From Clostridia bacterium (GTDB taxonomy: Bacteria > Bacillota > Clostridia > Christensenellales > QALW01), in contig JAZQTV010000113.1 in the NCBI GenBank assembly GCA_045630945.1, positions 8,700-72,699 on the forward strand: a DNA stretch of 64,000 nt, given 5' to 3'. Under the pieces are notes generated by a model. It saw only the letters and a list, made by a program, of their open reading frames with translations, had not been told where the DNA came from and made no database searches. Of the stretch, positions 1 through 10,220 are shown in pieces; position 1 is the stretch's first letter; each line of letters opens with the position of its first letter. The position numbers were made by a program, and so were the translations under genes.

Positions 1-1
1 G

Positions 2-724
2 CCGTTCTTTTATCCCACACATTCAACCTCTATGGTGCTTTCGGCAACAAAGGCACATGCGGTAAAGGTTTCTGCATTCGGCTATGAGGATACTATGGAC
101 CCCGAAATTTTCGGCAAGGACAAAAATTGGTGGGACAATCCGTTTTCAAACTCCTCAATGCTTATTAAAATGAGTGATAATTCAATTGTAAGAATAAGCG
201 AAAACCGCCGTATTGCGTGGCACGTTCCCGAAACGTACATTACAAGCTTTAACGGCACCAAGGCTTCATACGAATGCTCTATTGCACAGCATAGCTTTGT
301 TAAGATGCACGATGACGGCTTAACCTTTGATTTTGAGGACGTGAGCGACCTGCTTAATCCCATTGAGGTTACAAAGCATAAAAACGAGCCTGATTTTACT
401 AAAAAGGTGTTTGACGGAAACTGGTCAACAGGCGAAGCACCCATTCAGCTTGCTAAACGACTTCCTAAGGAATACGAAAGTCTTTCCACAGGTCACGCAG
501 GTACGCATAAGTTTATGATTGACGATTTCTGTCAAGCGTATATGACGGGCAAATTATCACCTACAAACGCATGGCAGGCGGCACGTTATAATATCCCCGG
601 TCTTACCGCACACGATTGCGCTATGCAAGGGGGCGCTACTATGGACGTTTACGATTGCGGCGATCCGCCCAAGCATCTTGAGGTGTTGAGTGAGGACAGA
701 GAAGCTAACGAGGAGTGGAAGTAA
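2..724 (+). CDS. Gfo/Idh/MocA-type oxidoreductase, C-terminal portion (5' end outside window)
   Basis: Frame is open from nt 2, with no stop upstream of the listed ATG at 32. TAA at 722-724. C-terminal GHAGTHKFMIDDF...NAWQAARYNIPGLTAHDCAMQGGATMDV resembles the C-terminal domain of GH109-like Gfo/Idh/MocA proteins (by eye). Confidence 0.5.
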   Translation, partial: PFFYPTHSTSMVLSATKAHAVKVSAFGYEDTMDPEIFGKDKNWWDNPFSNSSMLIKMSDNSIVRISENRRIAWHVPETYITSFNGTKASYECSIAQHSFVKMHDDGLTFDFEDVSDLLNPIEVTKHKNEPDFTKKVFDGNWSTGEAPIQLAKRLPKEYESLSTGHAGTHKFMIDDFCQAYMTGKLSPTNAWQAARYNIPGLTAHDCAMQGGATMDVYDCGDPPKHLEVLSEDREANEEWK

Positions 725-725
725 T

Positions 726-1250
726 ATGCAAGAAAAATTACCGCAGCTTATAATGAGGCATCCCGATATTTCGAAGGTCCCTGAGCTTGTGTTGCCCGAA
801 GGCTTTACGTTAAAGTCGCACGAGGCGGGCGATGAAAAGGAATGGGAAAGAATAATCGAAAATTCCTTCGGTTATCATTTTGATTTTGATTTCTTAATAA
901 AAGCAGGTGACTATGCGCCTGAAAAGGTGCTTTACATTCTGAAGGATAACAAGTTTATTGCAACCACCACGGCAGTTGAAAATGCCAAGTATGCAGGCGA
1001 AGGCTGGGGCAGAATGGTTGGCGTTCATACCGACTCGCGCGGCTTGGGCGTAGGTAAAATGATTTCCGTTGCCGCACTTAATTCTTTAAAGGAAAGAGGC
1101 TACAAAACCTGCGTGCTTTCTACTGATGACCAGCGCATTCCCGCAATTTGCCTGTATCTTTCCGTAGGCTTCTTGCCTGTTTATGAACACGAAAGCCACA
1201 AAGAAAGATGGGAAAAGATATTTGAAATTATTAAGGATAGGAAAAAATAA
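726..1250 (+). CDS. GNAT family N-acetyltransferase
   Basis: ATG at 726 preferred over the listed 690 start, which overlaps the upstream gene. Motif-A-like RGLGVGKMISVAAL and a GNAT-like C-terminal half. TAA stop followed by a hairpin terminator. Confidence 0.8.
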   Translation: MQEKLPQLIMRHPDISKVPELVLPEGFTLKSHEAGDEKEWERIIENSFGYHFDFDFLIKAGDYAPEKVLYILKDNKFIATTTAVENAKYAGEGWGRMVGVHTDSRGLGVGKMISVAALNSLKERGYKTCVLSTDDQRIPAICLYLSVGFLPVYEHESHKERWEKIFEIIKDRKK

Positions 1251-1252
1251 TG

Positions 1253-1282
1253 AAAGCATCCCAAACGGGATGCTTTCTTTTT
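1253..1282. terminator. Rho-independent terminator between convergent genes
   Basis: Stem aaagcatccc / gggatgcttt with loop aaac, followed by a T-run. Confidence 0.7.
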
Positions 1283-2948
1283 AACGTATTTTCCTAATTT
1301 CAATTTTGATTTTTATGCAGTCGGTTCCTTTTGCGTAAAATATCTTATAATGTCCGTTTCGGTTAGATGCGATTCTTGAGGAATCTGTTATAGGCGCACT
1401 TGAGGTATAGATGCATTCCCAATCGCCAAAGCGCACCATAAGGCGATTACCGTTAAGTGTGATGTCAGAATAAGATTCACCGTCAAAATAGAATGCAGGA
1501 AGCATATATAAAACGTCACCGTCGGCTTGGTTTACAATAAAAACACCGTTCTTATTTACCTTGTAGTTGCTTAACGTCTGCTTTTTGCCAAAGTCGCATT
1601 TTAAGGCGAAGCTTACTGAATTAAAGCCTTTCTTTGTTTTTGCTACCGTGTATTCAATGGATTCATCGGTCGCAAAAACGGGAGTATCGCCATCCATTAT
1701 ACCTGTGCAAAGAGAAGCATCTTCCTTTTTTTCGTTGTGATATTGGGGTGCTTTTGCGCAAGGCATAGAAAGACATAAAAACGATGGGGCGTCCTTTTTG
1801 TGAATTCTTCCAAGACCGCTTGAATCGTAATCGGGGTCACCGCTAAAGTCAACCTCTAAATAATAATTGCCTGCACACGCAAAAAGCTTGTGGAAAGCAT
1901 CGGCGGTTTGCCAAATAAAAGGCTTTCGTTTCGTTTTCTTACTTGGCTTGATGGTGGTGTCACAAAATAGCTTTGCAACGTATAAGAACGATGCACAGGT
2001 TATCATATATTTATCAAAGTATGCATAGTCCTCACAACCCTGTTTGGTTGAAATGGGGAATCTGTTTTTTATGTGGTATATAGGTTCGTATTTAAGCCAT
2101 AAGCGTATGTTTTCGATGGCATCGTTTGCCGCCCTTTTAAAGACTCCTGCAAGAGCAGAATTGCCCTCATTGTTATAGCGGCTTGCTTCAAATTCAAAAA
2201 TAGCGGCAAGCCACGCTTCGTTATGTAAAAACTGATTACTTCTTCCGCCAAAGGCTAATTCACCGTTAACGGATTGCATATTAAGCGTTAAAACGCCTGC
2301 TTTTTTTAATATTGAATCTATTTCATTGTAATATTTGCCCCTGTAACCGCCGTAAATAATTAAGCACAGTAACCCACGGGAAACAAGATCGTACACTATC
2401 GGCTGATGACGTTTGTGGTTGGGGTTATCCTTGTACATACCGTTTTCGTCAAAGTATTTTAACTGTGAGAAAATCTGAACATCAATAAATTCATCGGACA
2501 CAGTAAGACCCATTTTCTTTTTAAAGAGCTCGCTTGCCGCGGCAAATAACGCCCAGTTGGTGTTAATTTGGTGGTCGTAGGAATCGGCAATGGGGAAATA
2601 GCATTTCCACGGATCTATTGACGACATTTGCTTTTTCCAATATTCAAGTTTTTCATTTTCGATAATGCCCGTATGCTCAAGCTCGTTTATTGCGCACATT
2701 ATTTCACGAACCGAAAAGTTGTTTCCTGCAAGCACGTTAGGGATGCTTTCACAGCAAAAATCCATCATTTCAATAAAAATGGGAAGAAGCTCCTTACGCA
2801 TACCGTTTGCAATAAGAATACCTATGTTTGAAGTAAGCCGAGGAAAGCCGTGCTCGGTAAGACCTTCAACCTTCACCCTGTTAAAATAGTCTTCAATGTG
2901 TTGGTTAGTGTAGGCGTCAAGCACCTTATTCATCAATTCTAAATGCAT
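1281..2948 (-). CDS. hypothetical protein, possibly a polysaccharide lyase/hydrolase (heparinase II/III-like guess)
   Basis: 555-aa ORF with AAGGAG 9 nt upstream of the ATG and a TAA stop. N-terminal half looks helical, C-terminal half beta-rich. Function is a guess from context. Confidence 0.55.
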   Translation of the reverse strand: MHLELMNKVLDAYTNQHIEDYFNRVKVEGLTEHGFPRLTSNIGILIANGMRKELLPIFIEMMDFCCESIPNVLAGNNFSVREIMCAINELEHTGIIENEKLEYWKKQMSSIDPWKCYFPIADSYDHQINTNWALFAAASELFKKKMGLTVSDEFIDVQIFSQLKYFDENGMYKDNPNHKRHQPIVYDLVSRGLLCLIIYGGYRGKYYNEIDSILKKAGVLTLNMQSVNGELAFGGRSNQFLHNEAWLAAIFEFEASRYNNEGNSALAGVFKRAANDAIENIRLWLKYEPIYHIKNRFPISTKQGCEDYAYFDKYMITCASFLYVAKLFCDTTIKPSKKTKRKPFIWQTADAFHKLFACAGNYYLEVDFSGDPDYDSSGLGRIHKKDAPSFLCLSMPCAKAPQYHNEKKEDASLCTGIMDGDTPVFATDESIEYTVAKTKKGFNSVSFALKCDFGKKQTLSNYKVNKNGVFIVNQADGDVLYMLPAFYFDGESYSDITLNGNRLMVRFGDWECIYTSSAPITDSSRIASNRNGHYKIFYAKGTDCIKIKIEIRKIR

Positions 2949-2961
2949 TATTTCGAACTCC

Positions 2962-4398
2962 TTAAGTGAAATTTACGTACTGTCTTTTTGAAACGCGGTC
3001 AACAATGCTTTGGTAGCTTACCGTGGGATCCCAGAAAAGCTCGGAACAAAGCACTAACGGATACCATGGGGTATCTGCAATGTGTGAAGCAATATTAAAG
3101 TTTATTTCGCCCGTAGCATCGTTAAGTACGATGTTTGCAAGGGTGTGTGCAAATTCACCCTTTGTAAGCCATTCGCTTTGCAGATATCGCCATATGGGCA
3201 GGAATATCTCCATATCCGTGCGGTGTGTGTTTGCGGTGGAATTTCCCATAACGTACGGACCGGGCTGATGCTCAAAGTACGGCCAATCCTGCTTAAGCAT
3301 ACCCTTAAATACCATTCCCACAGGCACGTTGGGACGTTGCTTTATAACAAGGTGGGTGAAATCGATGGCTTCCTGTTTAAGCGCATCGGTACTGCGAAAA
3401 TCGTGACTGTACGGGAATATTCCACAGTTTTCCCATATTATCTGAACTCTGGGATCAAGCTTTTTAAAATGCTCCGAATGCTCCTTTACGGAGTTTGCGT
3501 GCAAGCCGAACTGAATAAGCAGGTCGGGCTCCTTTTTAAGTAATGCGCCTGCGGTATCGTTGACGAAATCGGTAACTACCTGCGCAATAAGCTTGCCTTG
3601 AAGATTTGCATCGTTAAGCTCGGTAAACGACTGAAAATATATGCCGTCACCTTTGCCCTTATATACTGTTTCGTAGGTATTTATTACATCACTTTTCAGT
3701 TTATCAAGCTGTGAAAGGTCTACCCTTGTGCAATCGGGAAACCAACCCCACGCAAAGCCCCATATAACAGTCATACCAAAGCTGTGTGCGTAATCGTATA
3801 TTTCGTCGGCATTAACGGGCAGAAAATCGTTCCAAATGATTATCTGATTAAATTTTAACCTTGCAAGCGTTTCAATGCATTTGCGGTAATCGTTTATAGG
3901 GTGTCCCCATGTAAACAGACTGCGTGTTTTTGCCTTGGGTGCAGAAGAAAAACTGTATTCGGGCAGGCGACTTAAAAAGGTTTCATACTTAAAGCATAAG
4001 CCGTTACGGTTTACTGCAATACTGTTAAGATAATCGTCAATAAAATGTACCGCCGCATAAAAAACTGCGGCAGGGGTATCACCGCACAATAGCACAAGCT
4101 GATGCTCCTTACAAGCAGGCGAATTAACTATCTTTACAGTAAAACCATCCTTAAGCATTTCACTTTCCGAAATATATTTTTTAAAGAATGGGTGGCTATC
4201 GTAAGTACCTATAATTACGGAGTTGCGGTCGAACGCTTCGCTGAATTTTTCTGTTGCGGTTACGTGAATGGAATATATACCTGCATCACGCAGAATTAAT
4301 TCACCCATTTCACGAGAAACAAATTCAACCGCCCTGCGCACCGCACCTGTAAAATCGGTATATAAAATCTTCCAATTGCGCTTGTTTGCCTGCTCCAT
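2962..4398 (-). CDS. hypothetical protein, putative TIM-barrel glycoside-hydrolase-like
   Basis: 478-aa ORF with TAA stop, tightly packed with its neighbours. The N-terminal alpha/beta module resembles those preceding GH20/GH67/GH115 barrels (weak, by eye). Confidence 0.5.
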   Translation of the reverse strand: MEQANKRNWKILYTDFTGAVRRAVEFVSREMGELILRDAGIYSIHVTATEKFSEAFDRNSVIIGTYDSHPFFKKYISESEMLKDGFTVKIVNSPACKEHQLVLLCGDTPAAVFYAAVHFIDDYLNSIAVNRNGLCFKYETFLSRLPEYSFSSAPKAKTRSLFTWGHPINDYRKCIETLARLKFNQIIIWNDFLPVNADEIYDYAHSFGMTVIWGFAWGWFPDCTRVDLSQLDKLKSDVINTYETVYKGKGDGIYFQSFTELNDANLQGKLIAQVVTDFVNDTAGALLKKEPDLLIQFGLHANSVKEHSEHFKKLDPRVQIIWENCGIFPYSHDFRSTDALKQEAIDFTHLVIKQRPNVPVGMVFKGMLKQDWPYFEHQPGPYVMGNSTANTHRTDMEIFLPIWRYLQSEWLTKGEFAHTLANIVLNDATGEINFNIASHIADTPWYPLVLCSELFWDPTVSYQSIVDRVSKRQYVNFT

Positions 4399-4483
4399 AA
4401 AAATCTCCTAACTTATAACTAATAAAAAATATTATACAATAGTGATTAAATAAATTCAATACCATGCGCACAAAGCGCTCATC

Positions 4484-5569
4484 TTAATCAGATGAGTGCT
4501 CTTTAGTGCTTGGCTTGTAAATTAAAAGTGCAAGAATTATTGCCGTTACGCCTGAAATGACCTTTCCCACTATCATCGGCGCAATGTAATAGTTATCAAA
4601 CGCCATGGTAAAGGCAAGATGGCTTCCGAAAACGAAGGATGCGGAAACGGCAAATGCAGAGTTAAGAACAACGCCCTTTTTGTTCATTTTATCCATAACG
4701 CCAAAGGTAGAAGCATTGGTAACAAGGCTTCCTAAAAGCGCAATGGCGGAAACGCCGTCAATACCAACCTTATTGCTTAATTTGTTTAACGGCTTGTTTA
4801 AAAGCTTTGAAACGATAAACATAAACGGTAAAGCACCCGAAAGCGTTACACAGGCATTGGCACAGATAAATGCGGCATTTTCGAAGGTGTCAAGATAGGG
4901 CGATATCTGCTTTTTCGTAAGAAAGGTGAATATCGAAAGCACAAGACCTACAATTGCAAGCACCTTCATTATAAAGCCGAATACCGAAAAGCACTTTATT
5001 GCGCCTTCGGGCACTAAAAGAAGTGCGGCTATCAGTATTGCTGACAGTATGATAAGGGGAATAAGGTTAATTAAAAGGGGAAGAATGCTTATTTTGCACA
5101 TAAGCCCTGCAATAAGACTGCCCAAGGGGATAGTGATTATTCCGCACAAAAAGCCGAAAAACATTTCACGGTGTTGTTCCTTTTTTACGATTCCGATTGA
5201 AAAGGGAATGGTAAAGGACATTACGCAACCCATCATTGAAGAGATAATAAAGGCGTTGTAGCCGCCTATGCTTTGCGATTTTGCAATGCCTTGCACAAGG
5301 GGCATACCGCCCATATCGTTGGCAAAAAGCGATGCGGGTATTATGGAAGGGTCAATTTTAAAAAGACTATAAAAGCCTTCAAACATAGGTGTAAGCCATA
5401 CGCCTATTGCAGGCGCAATAATTATCATTCCAAGCATTGAAAGCGCCATAGGGCAGAAAAGGGAAAAAGCCTTTTCAAACTCCCTTCCCACACCAAGCCT
5501 GTTGCCGATTACGTAGTCAATGGCACCGAGAAGTGAAAATATTAAAATTACTATTGTTAAAGCGTTCAT
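4484..5569 (-). CDS. eutH: EutH-family (ethanolamine-utilisation-type) permease
   Basis: Polytopic 361-aa protein. ANDMGG, NSAFAVSASFVFGSHLAF and PMIVGKVISGVTAI match conserved EutH blocks recalled from E. coli EutH. Confidence 0.75.
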   Translation of the reverse strand: MNALTIVILIFSLLGAIDYVIGNRLGVGREFEKAFSLFCPMALSMLGMIIIAPAIGVWLTPMFEGFYSLFKIDPSIIPASLFANDMGGMPLVQGIAKSQSIGGYNAFIISSMMGCVMSFTIPFSIGIVKKEQHREMFFGFLCGIITIPLGSLIAGLMCKISILPLLINLIPLIILSAILIAALLLVPEGAIKCFSVFGFIMKVLAIVGLVLSIFTFLTKKQISPYLDTFENAAFICANACVTLSGALPFMFIVSKLLNKPLNKLSNKVGIDGVSAIALLGSLVTNASTFGVMDKMNKKGVVLNSAFAVSASFVFGSHLAFTMAFDNYYIAPMIVGKVISGVTAIILALLIYKPSTKEHSSD

Positions 5570-5578
5570 TTTAAAACC

Positions 5579-6553
5579 TCATTTCTTTTGTTGGGCAAAG
5601 GTTTTGATGCGGTGTCGCTCTTCACTGGGAGTTCTGCCTATAAATTGCTTAAAAACTCTGCCAAAGTAGCTTGGACTTGTAAAGCTTAATTTGTATGATA
5701 TTTCTTCAACCGAAAGGCTTGAGGAACGTAAAAACTCAACTGCGTGCAGGATTTTTACGTGGTTTATGTATTCCACAGGCGTCATATTAACGTCCTTACG
5801 GAAAAGCCTTATAAGGTGTTGTGCCGAAACGTTGGTTACCTTTTGCAGTTCTTCTATGGAGATTTTTTGGTCAAAATTCTTTCTTATGTATTCTATTGCA
5901 GGCTGAATGGGCGAATGTGACTGACGAGAAAGCGATGGGATTTTGCTTGATATAAAATGCTGTGAAAGTACGCTTTTTTGCATCATTAACAATAACTGCA
6001 CAACCGAAAGTGATGCTGAAATATGTGATGCCTTTGTGGCTTGACGGCAATCTTTGGATATTTCACTAAGCTTTTTAATGATTTCGTCAGCATTGCTTGA
6101 ACAGTGTGTTACCTGCGGCAGAAAAATTTCTTCAAAGTCAAGATCCTTTTCGTAGTACACCTTTTCGATGCGGTTTAACGTATCGTCGTAATCATCGTCA
6201 CTTATAAATGATACCGGCTTGGCAGTCTTAAAGTGAACGTACTGAAAACGGCAGGGTGTGTTTTCAATGGGCTTGCGGATGTAATCCTGCCCTGCAGGGA
6301 TAAGTATAGTATCACCTGCAGAGAGCTTGTAGGTCTTGCTTGCCAGTGTAAACGTGCACGAACCTTCAAGAACGGTTACCGTAATATTATTTTCGTCAGC
6401 ACAACGCCACACGGTCTGACGGGTTATTTCATAGGTTGAGATGATCTCGGGAATGGGAAAAATGCTTATTCTGTAATGCAATTTTACTGACACCCTCTTT
6501 ATAATGTTAAAATAGTGCGAGGTTATGTTAAAATAATTTCTTGCGCGTTGCAC
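5579..6553 (-). CDS. AraC family transcriptional regulator (cupin N-domain + HTH)
   Basis: C-terminal AraC HTH (AQHLIRLFRKDVNMTPVEYINHVKI...SPSYFGRVFKQFIGRTPSE). TGA stop. The listed GTG start lies only about 11 nt from the predicted transcription start, so the true start is uncertain. Confidence 0.8.
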   Translation of the reverse strand: MQRARNYFNITSHYFNIIKRVSVKLHYRISIFPIPEIISTYEITRQTVWRCADENNITVTVLEGSCTFTLASKTYKLSAGDTILIPAGQDYIRKPIENTPCRFQYVHFKTAKPVSFISDDDYDDTLNRIEKVYYEKDLDFEEIFLPQVTHCSSNADEIIKKLSEISKDCRQATKASHISASLSVVQLLLMMQKSVLSQHFISSKIPSLSRQSHSPIQPAIEYIRKNFDQKISIEELQKVTNVSAQHLIRLFRKDVNMTPVEYINHVKILHAVEFLRSSSLSVEEISYKLSFTSPSYFGRVFKQFIGRTPSEERHRIKTFAQQKK

Positions 6554-6570
6554 CTTGGTTACGTATAATT

Positions 6571-6599
6571 ATTATAGTGGGGAACGGGGCATATGTCAA
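6571..6599 (-). promoter_or_regulatory. sigma-70-type promoter for the AraC gene
   Basis: Minus strand reads TTGACA (6594-6599), a 17-nt spacer, then TATAAT (6571-6576). Confidence 0.6.
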
Positions 6600-6723
6600 C
6601 AGTAAGCCGTAATTTTATAAAAGAATTGGGCTTGCGGGCGTAAAACGTATTTTTTTATGGGCGCGTATCCTAAAAAACAGTAGAATGATAAAAAAGTGCT
6701 ACTAAAAGAACTAAAGCACAGGG

Positions 6724-6752
6724 TTGACGGGAACAAAATTCAGTTTTATAAT
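6724..6752 (+). promoter_or_regulatory. sigma-70-type promoter for the 6814 gene
   Basis: TTGACG (6724-6729), 17-nt spacer, TATAAT (6747-6752). Confidence 0.6.
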
Positions 6753-6813
6753 AATTATACACGGTGCTTAAAGGTCGCACCTATAAACAAATAACGGGAA
6801 AGGAGCGGTCACT

Positions 6814-8208
6814 GTGGGTTTGGAACGTAATTTTTTTGCCGAGGGTGATGCAACCCTTGAGGAGCAGAACGGTATTATAACGGTTAAAAACAGAACGGTT
6901 GCCCATTCTTCTTTAGGGGTAAACGTGCCTGAATACGAATACGGCAAAACACGTTTTTTGATTAAACTGGCAGATGGCGCCAAAGACGTGTGCATAACCC
7001 TTTATCATCGGGTTAAATATGAATATAACGGCAGAACGGTTACTGATTACGACGGCGGAACCAAGAAAAAAATAACCCATAATGAATGGACGTGGATAGA
7101 GGGTACGTACTGCACTCCTGCAGGTGCTGATGAAATAACCGCATACTTCATTCAGGATAAGGAAACACCGCTTTGTGACGTTCTTTTAAAGGAAATTACC
7201 GTTGAAGAAATTAAAAAAGAGGAAGCCTTAACTGAAATTAAGGAGCAACCCTTTACCGTAGGCGCAATCAGGTGGGATGCTTACTTTTCAACTGCGCATC
7301 CCGTGCGTAACGTTTCGCGTGAGGTGGCAAAGGCTCTTTCACCTGCGGAATTTCATTTCCGTGCACCCTTCTTTGCAAACGTAAACGGTGACGGAAAAAT
7401 AGAGTTTCCCGAGGAAACGCAGGAACAGTTTGATAAGGAAGCACAGCTTGCTATCGATGCAGGGATAGATTATTTTGCGTATTGCTGGTATAGCGAGGGT
7501 GACGTTATGCGGTATGCACGCAAGCGGCATTCTGCGTCTTCACTTCGCAACAAAATAAAAATGGCGGCAATAGTACACGTCACACAGCTTGACGATGAAA
7601 CGCTTAAGGATCTTGCTAAAACCGTAAAAGAGGATTTTTACGTTAAGTTTGACGGGCATCCCTTAATTTACGTGTTCGATGCAATTCGTACTGATGTTGA
7701 ATACAGAAAAAGGATTGACTCATTCATTGTAAACGAAGGAAGCTTAACACCCTATTTTGTCGGTATGAATGCTCAACCGCAACCTTATGCGTTATATAAG
7801 CTTAAAAACGAGGGCTTTGATGCAATCGGCTCGTACGGCTTTAATTCGTTGTGCGAGGGCGAGGAATTTTCTTCGTACGCACGGCGGAACAGGGAAATGG
7901 TAAAAATGCGTTATGAAATGGGCTTTCAAAACGTTCCGTTGCTTTCCTTGGGGCATGATTACAGACCTCGAATAAAAAACCCTGTATCGTGGATGGGTGG
8001 AAAAAATTACGCTTTTGCCGCAACCGCTGATGAAATTTATGAGCATTCCCGTGAAATGCTGAAAATAAAAAATCAGTACCAAAGCGGACCTAACACCCTT
8101 CTTATCTACGCTTGGAACGAGCATGACGAGGGCGGCTGGATGTGTCCCACGATTACAGATGACGGCTATTATCAGGCTGTGAAAAAGGCGATAAAGGACG
8201 TAAAGTAA
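6814..8208 (+). CDS. CBM-like beta-sandwich + WbsX/GH99-like domain protein
   Basis: GTG start 8 nt after AAGGAG; TAA stop. The C-terminal IYAWNEHDEGGW resembles the NEW/EG motif of WbsX/GH99-like domains (by eye). Confidence 0.55.
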   Translation: MGLERNFFAEGDATLEEQNGIITVKNRTVAHSSLGVNVPEYEYGKTRFLIKLADGAKDVCITLYHRVKYEYNGRTVTDYDGGTKKKITHNEWTWIEGTYCTPAGADEITAYFIQDKETPLCDVLLKEITVEEIKKEEALTEIKEQPFTVGAIRWDAYFSTAHPVRNVSREVAKALSPAEFHFRAPFFANVNGDGKIEFPEETQEQFDKEAQLAIDAGIDYFAYCWYSEGDVMRYARKRHSASSLRNKIKMAAIVHVTQLDDETLKDLAKTVKEDFYVKFDGHPLIYVFDAIRTDVEYRKRIDSFIVNEGSLTPYFVGMNAQPQPYALYKLKNEGFDAIGSYGFNSLCEGEEFSSYARRNREMVKMRYEMGFQNVPLLSLGHDYRPRIKNPVSWMGGKNYAFAATADEIYEHSREMLKIKNQYQSGPNTLLIYAWNEHDEGGWMCPTITDDGYYQAVKKAIKDVK

Positions 8209-8211
8209 AAT

Positions 8212-8238
8212 AAAAAAGCAGTTTCGAAACTGCTTTTT
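8212..8238. terminator. bidirectional rho-independent terminator
   Basis: Palindrome aaaagcagtttc/gaaactgctttt flanked by A- and T-runs, between convergent genes. Confidence 0.7.
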
Positions 8239-8244
8239 ATTTAT

Positions 8245-8943
8245 TCACTTATTCATATAGTTTGTGTACACCTTTATAAGCTCTTTGCTTGAACTGCGTT
8301 TTATCTGAAGCTCGGTATTATCTAAAAGAATAACGCTTGAGGATTGTATTTTCTTGATTTTCGATATATTGATAACGTAGCATTGATATATTTGTATAAA
8401 GCCAAAGGGCTTAAGCTCTTTTAATACCTTAAACAACGGCTTGCGTACGGAATATACGTTGTTTAAAGTATGATAGTAGCAGTATTTTCGTGAATATTCA
8501 ACGTACAGCACGTCATCTATTTGAATGCTTGAAATTTCGCTTCCTGTTTTCAGATTTATTTTTGAGTGAAGCTTTTTGTATCTAGATATAGCCTTTTCCA
8601 AGGTTTTTGTGAATTTATCCTGCTCACAACCCTTAAGCAGATATCCTGCCGCATTAAGCTCAAGCGCGTCAATTGAAATTTGCGGACATCCTGAAAGAAA
8701 AATAATTATGGCATCGGGTGAAAGTCTGTTAAGTGAAGCGCCTGTTTCAAGCCCGTTTGTTGCAGGCATATCTACGTCAAGAAAAACAAAATCAAAAAAG
8801 CTGCCGGCTTCAACTGCTTTAAGTAATTCTGCACCCGTTTCAAAAAAGGTGTAGTCGCTATCCTTAAAAAATTCAACGCTTGAAAGCTGAATTTCTGTTT
8901 TTTTACAATAAATCAAATTGTCATCACATATTGCAACGTTCAT
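8245..8943 (-). CDS. LytR/AlgR-family response regulator (receiver + LytTR DNA-binding domain)
   Basis: Receiver motifs (ICDDN...FLDVDMP...) and a C-terminal LytTR-like region (IQIDDVLYVEYSRKY...FIQIYQCYVINISKI). TGA stop. No adjacent histidine kinase. Confidence 0.8.
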   Translation of the reverse strand: MNVAICDDNLIYCKKTEIQLSSVEFFKDSDYTFFETGAELLKAVEAGSFFDFVFLDVDMPATNGLETGASLNRLSPDAIIIFLSGCPQISIDALELNAAGYLLKGCEQDKFTKTLEKAISRYKKLHSKINLKTGSEISSIQIDDVLYVEYSRKYCYYHTLNNVYSVRKPLFKVLKELKPFGFIQIYQCYVINISKIKKIQSSSVILLDNTELQIKRSSSKELIKVYTNYMNK

Positions 8944-9080
8944 AGTATAACCCCTCTGATTTTGTCTGTTTTAATTATACCATAAATCGTCAAAAAGAAC
9001 AATGTAATATTTTTGTAACAAATTACAAATTAGGGACAGAAAACTGCAAAACAGTACCAGATTCAAAAAAATGCGCTTAA

Positions 9081-10094
9081 CTACTTAAGATCAAGGGCGA
9101 TGGCGTTATGTATTGCCCGACGCATTTCTTTAACCTCGTCGTAGTTTTCCTTGCCGTATTTTTTCTCAACCGTTACGGTGGCATCGGAAAGAATTATTGC
9201 GTAAAGCTTGCTTTTAAGGTCAACGAATATACTTTGCCCCGTGTGCCCGCAATGACCGAAGCTTCCTACGGGGAAAAGGTCGCCCGTTTGCGTGTATTGT
9301 TCATCTACGTAAAGAAAGCCCAGTCCCCGTGCGGCAGACTTTCCTTTTGTGTGGTTTTGTACGGCAAGCATAAAGGTTTTTTCATCGATTATGGGCGCAC
9401 CGCAGGATAAAAGCATTTTCGCAAATTTTGTCATATCGTGTATAGAGGAAAATATTCCTGCATTACCTGCAACACCGCCAAGGTGTCTGCAGTTATAATC
9501 GTTTACCGTACCAAGAAGCTCGCTTTGGGTGTTGGCATTGACCGTATTGCTTTTATCGTTGGGGCAAAACGAGGTGTATAGCATATCAAGCTTTTTTGCA
9601 ACAAGGCGGTCAAACAGTACGTCAAGCGAATCGTTAAATGCCTGCTCAAGAATTTTTCCAAGAAGTATAAACGCAGGGCAGCTGTACAGTACGTCACTTC
9701 CTATGGGGATATCGTTCTTTATTGAAAGTATATGTTCAGCTATATTGTTGTAGTTGGTAGTGGGCAAGGCAAGCCACTTGTAGCCTATACCCATAGTATG
9801 TGTAAGCAGATTAAAAACAGTTATATCCTTGCTGCTTTCAGGGCAGGTATAAAAGTCAGAAACCTTTGTGTCTAAATTAAACAGTCCCATGTCAAAAGCA
9901 ATAAGGCAAAGGCTTGTGGTTGCCATAATTTTAGTTACCGAAGCCATATCAAAACGGGTAAATGAATCGATTTTTTGAACGTGGGAACGGTACGCTTCAC
10001 ACAATATATTATCACCCTGTCCAACCAATACTGCAAAGGAATTGGCGGTTTTGTTTTCTATAATGCGGTCAAGGCACCGGTTTAAATTCTCCAT
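9081..10094 (-). CDS. serine hydrolase, beta-lactamase/transpeptidase-like family
   Basis: S-x-x-K (ASVTK), a YSC element and HTG near the C-terminus. Ends at TAG, one of four TAG-terminated genes in the window. Confidence 0.8.
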   Translation of the reverse strand: MENLNRCLDRIIENKTANSFAVLVGQGDNILCEAYRSHVQKIDSFTRFDMASVTKIMATTSLCLIAFDMGLFNLDTKVSDFYTCPESSKDITVFNLLTHTMGIGYKWLALPTTNYNNIAEHILSIKNDIPIGSDVLYSCPAFILLGKILEQAFNDSLDVLFDRLVAKKLDMLYTSFCPNDKSNTVNANTQSELLGTVNDYNCRHLGGVAGNAGIFSSIHDMTKFAKMLLSCGAPIIDEKTFMLAVQNHTKGKSAARGLGFLYVDEQYTQTGDLFPVGSFGHCGHTGQSIFVDLKSKLYAIILSDATVTVEKKYGKENYDEVKEMRRAIHNAIALDLK

Positions 10095-10220
10095 AAATTT
10101 TACGTCCTTTTTTTATGCGCTGATACAAAAATAAATATATTAATATATGAGCATACAATAATATGATAGTGTTTGCCGTGGCTTTTCTTTTGTACAATGG
10201 TAGGAAAACTTAATAACGTT

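Noticed and set aside
8245-8943. LytTR response regulator as part of an agr-like quorum-sensing or bacteriocin locus.
   Set aside because: No histidine kinase, AgrB/AgrD-like gene, peptide precursor or ABC exporter lies adjacent. It appears to be an orphan regulator flanked by terminators.
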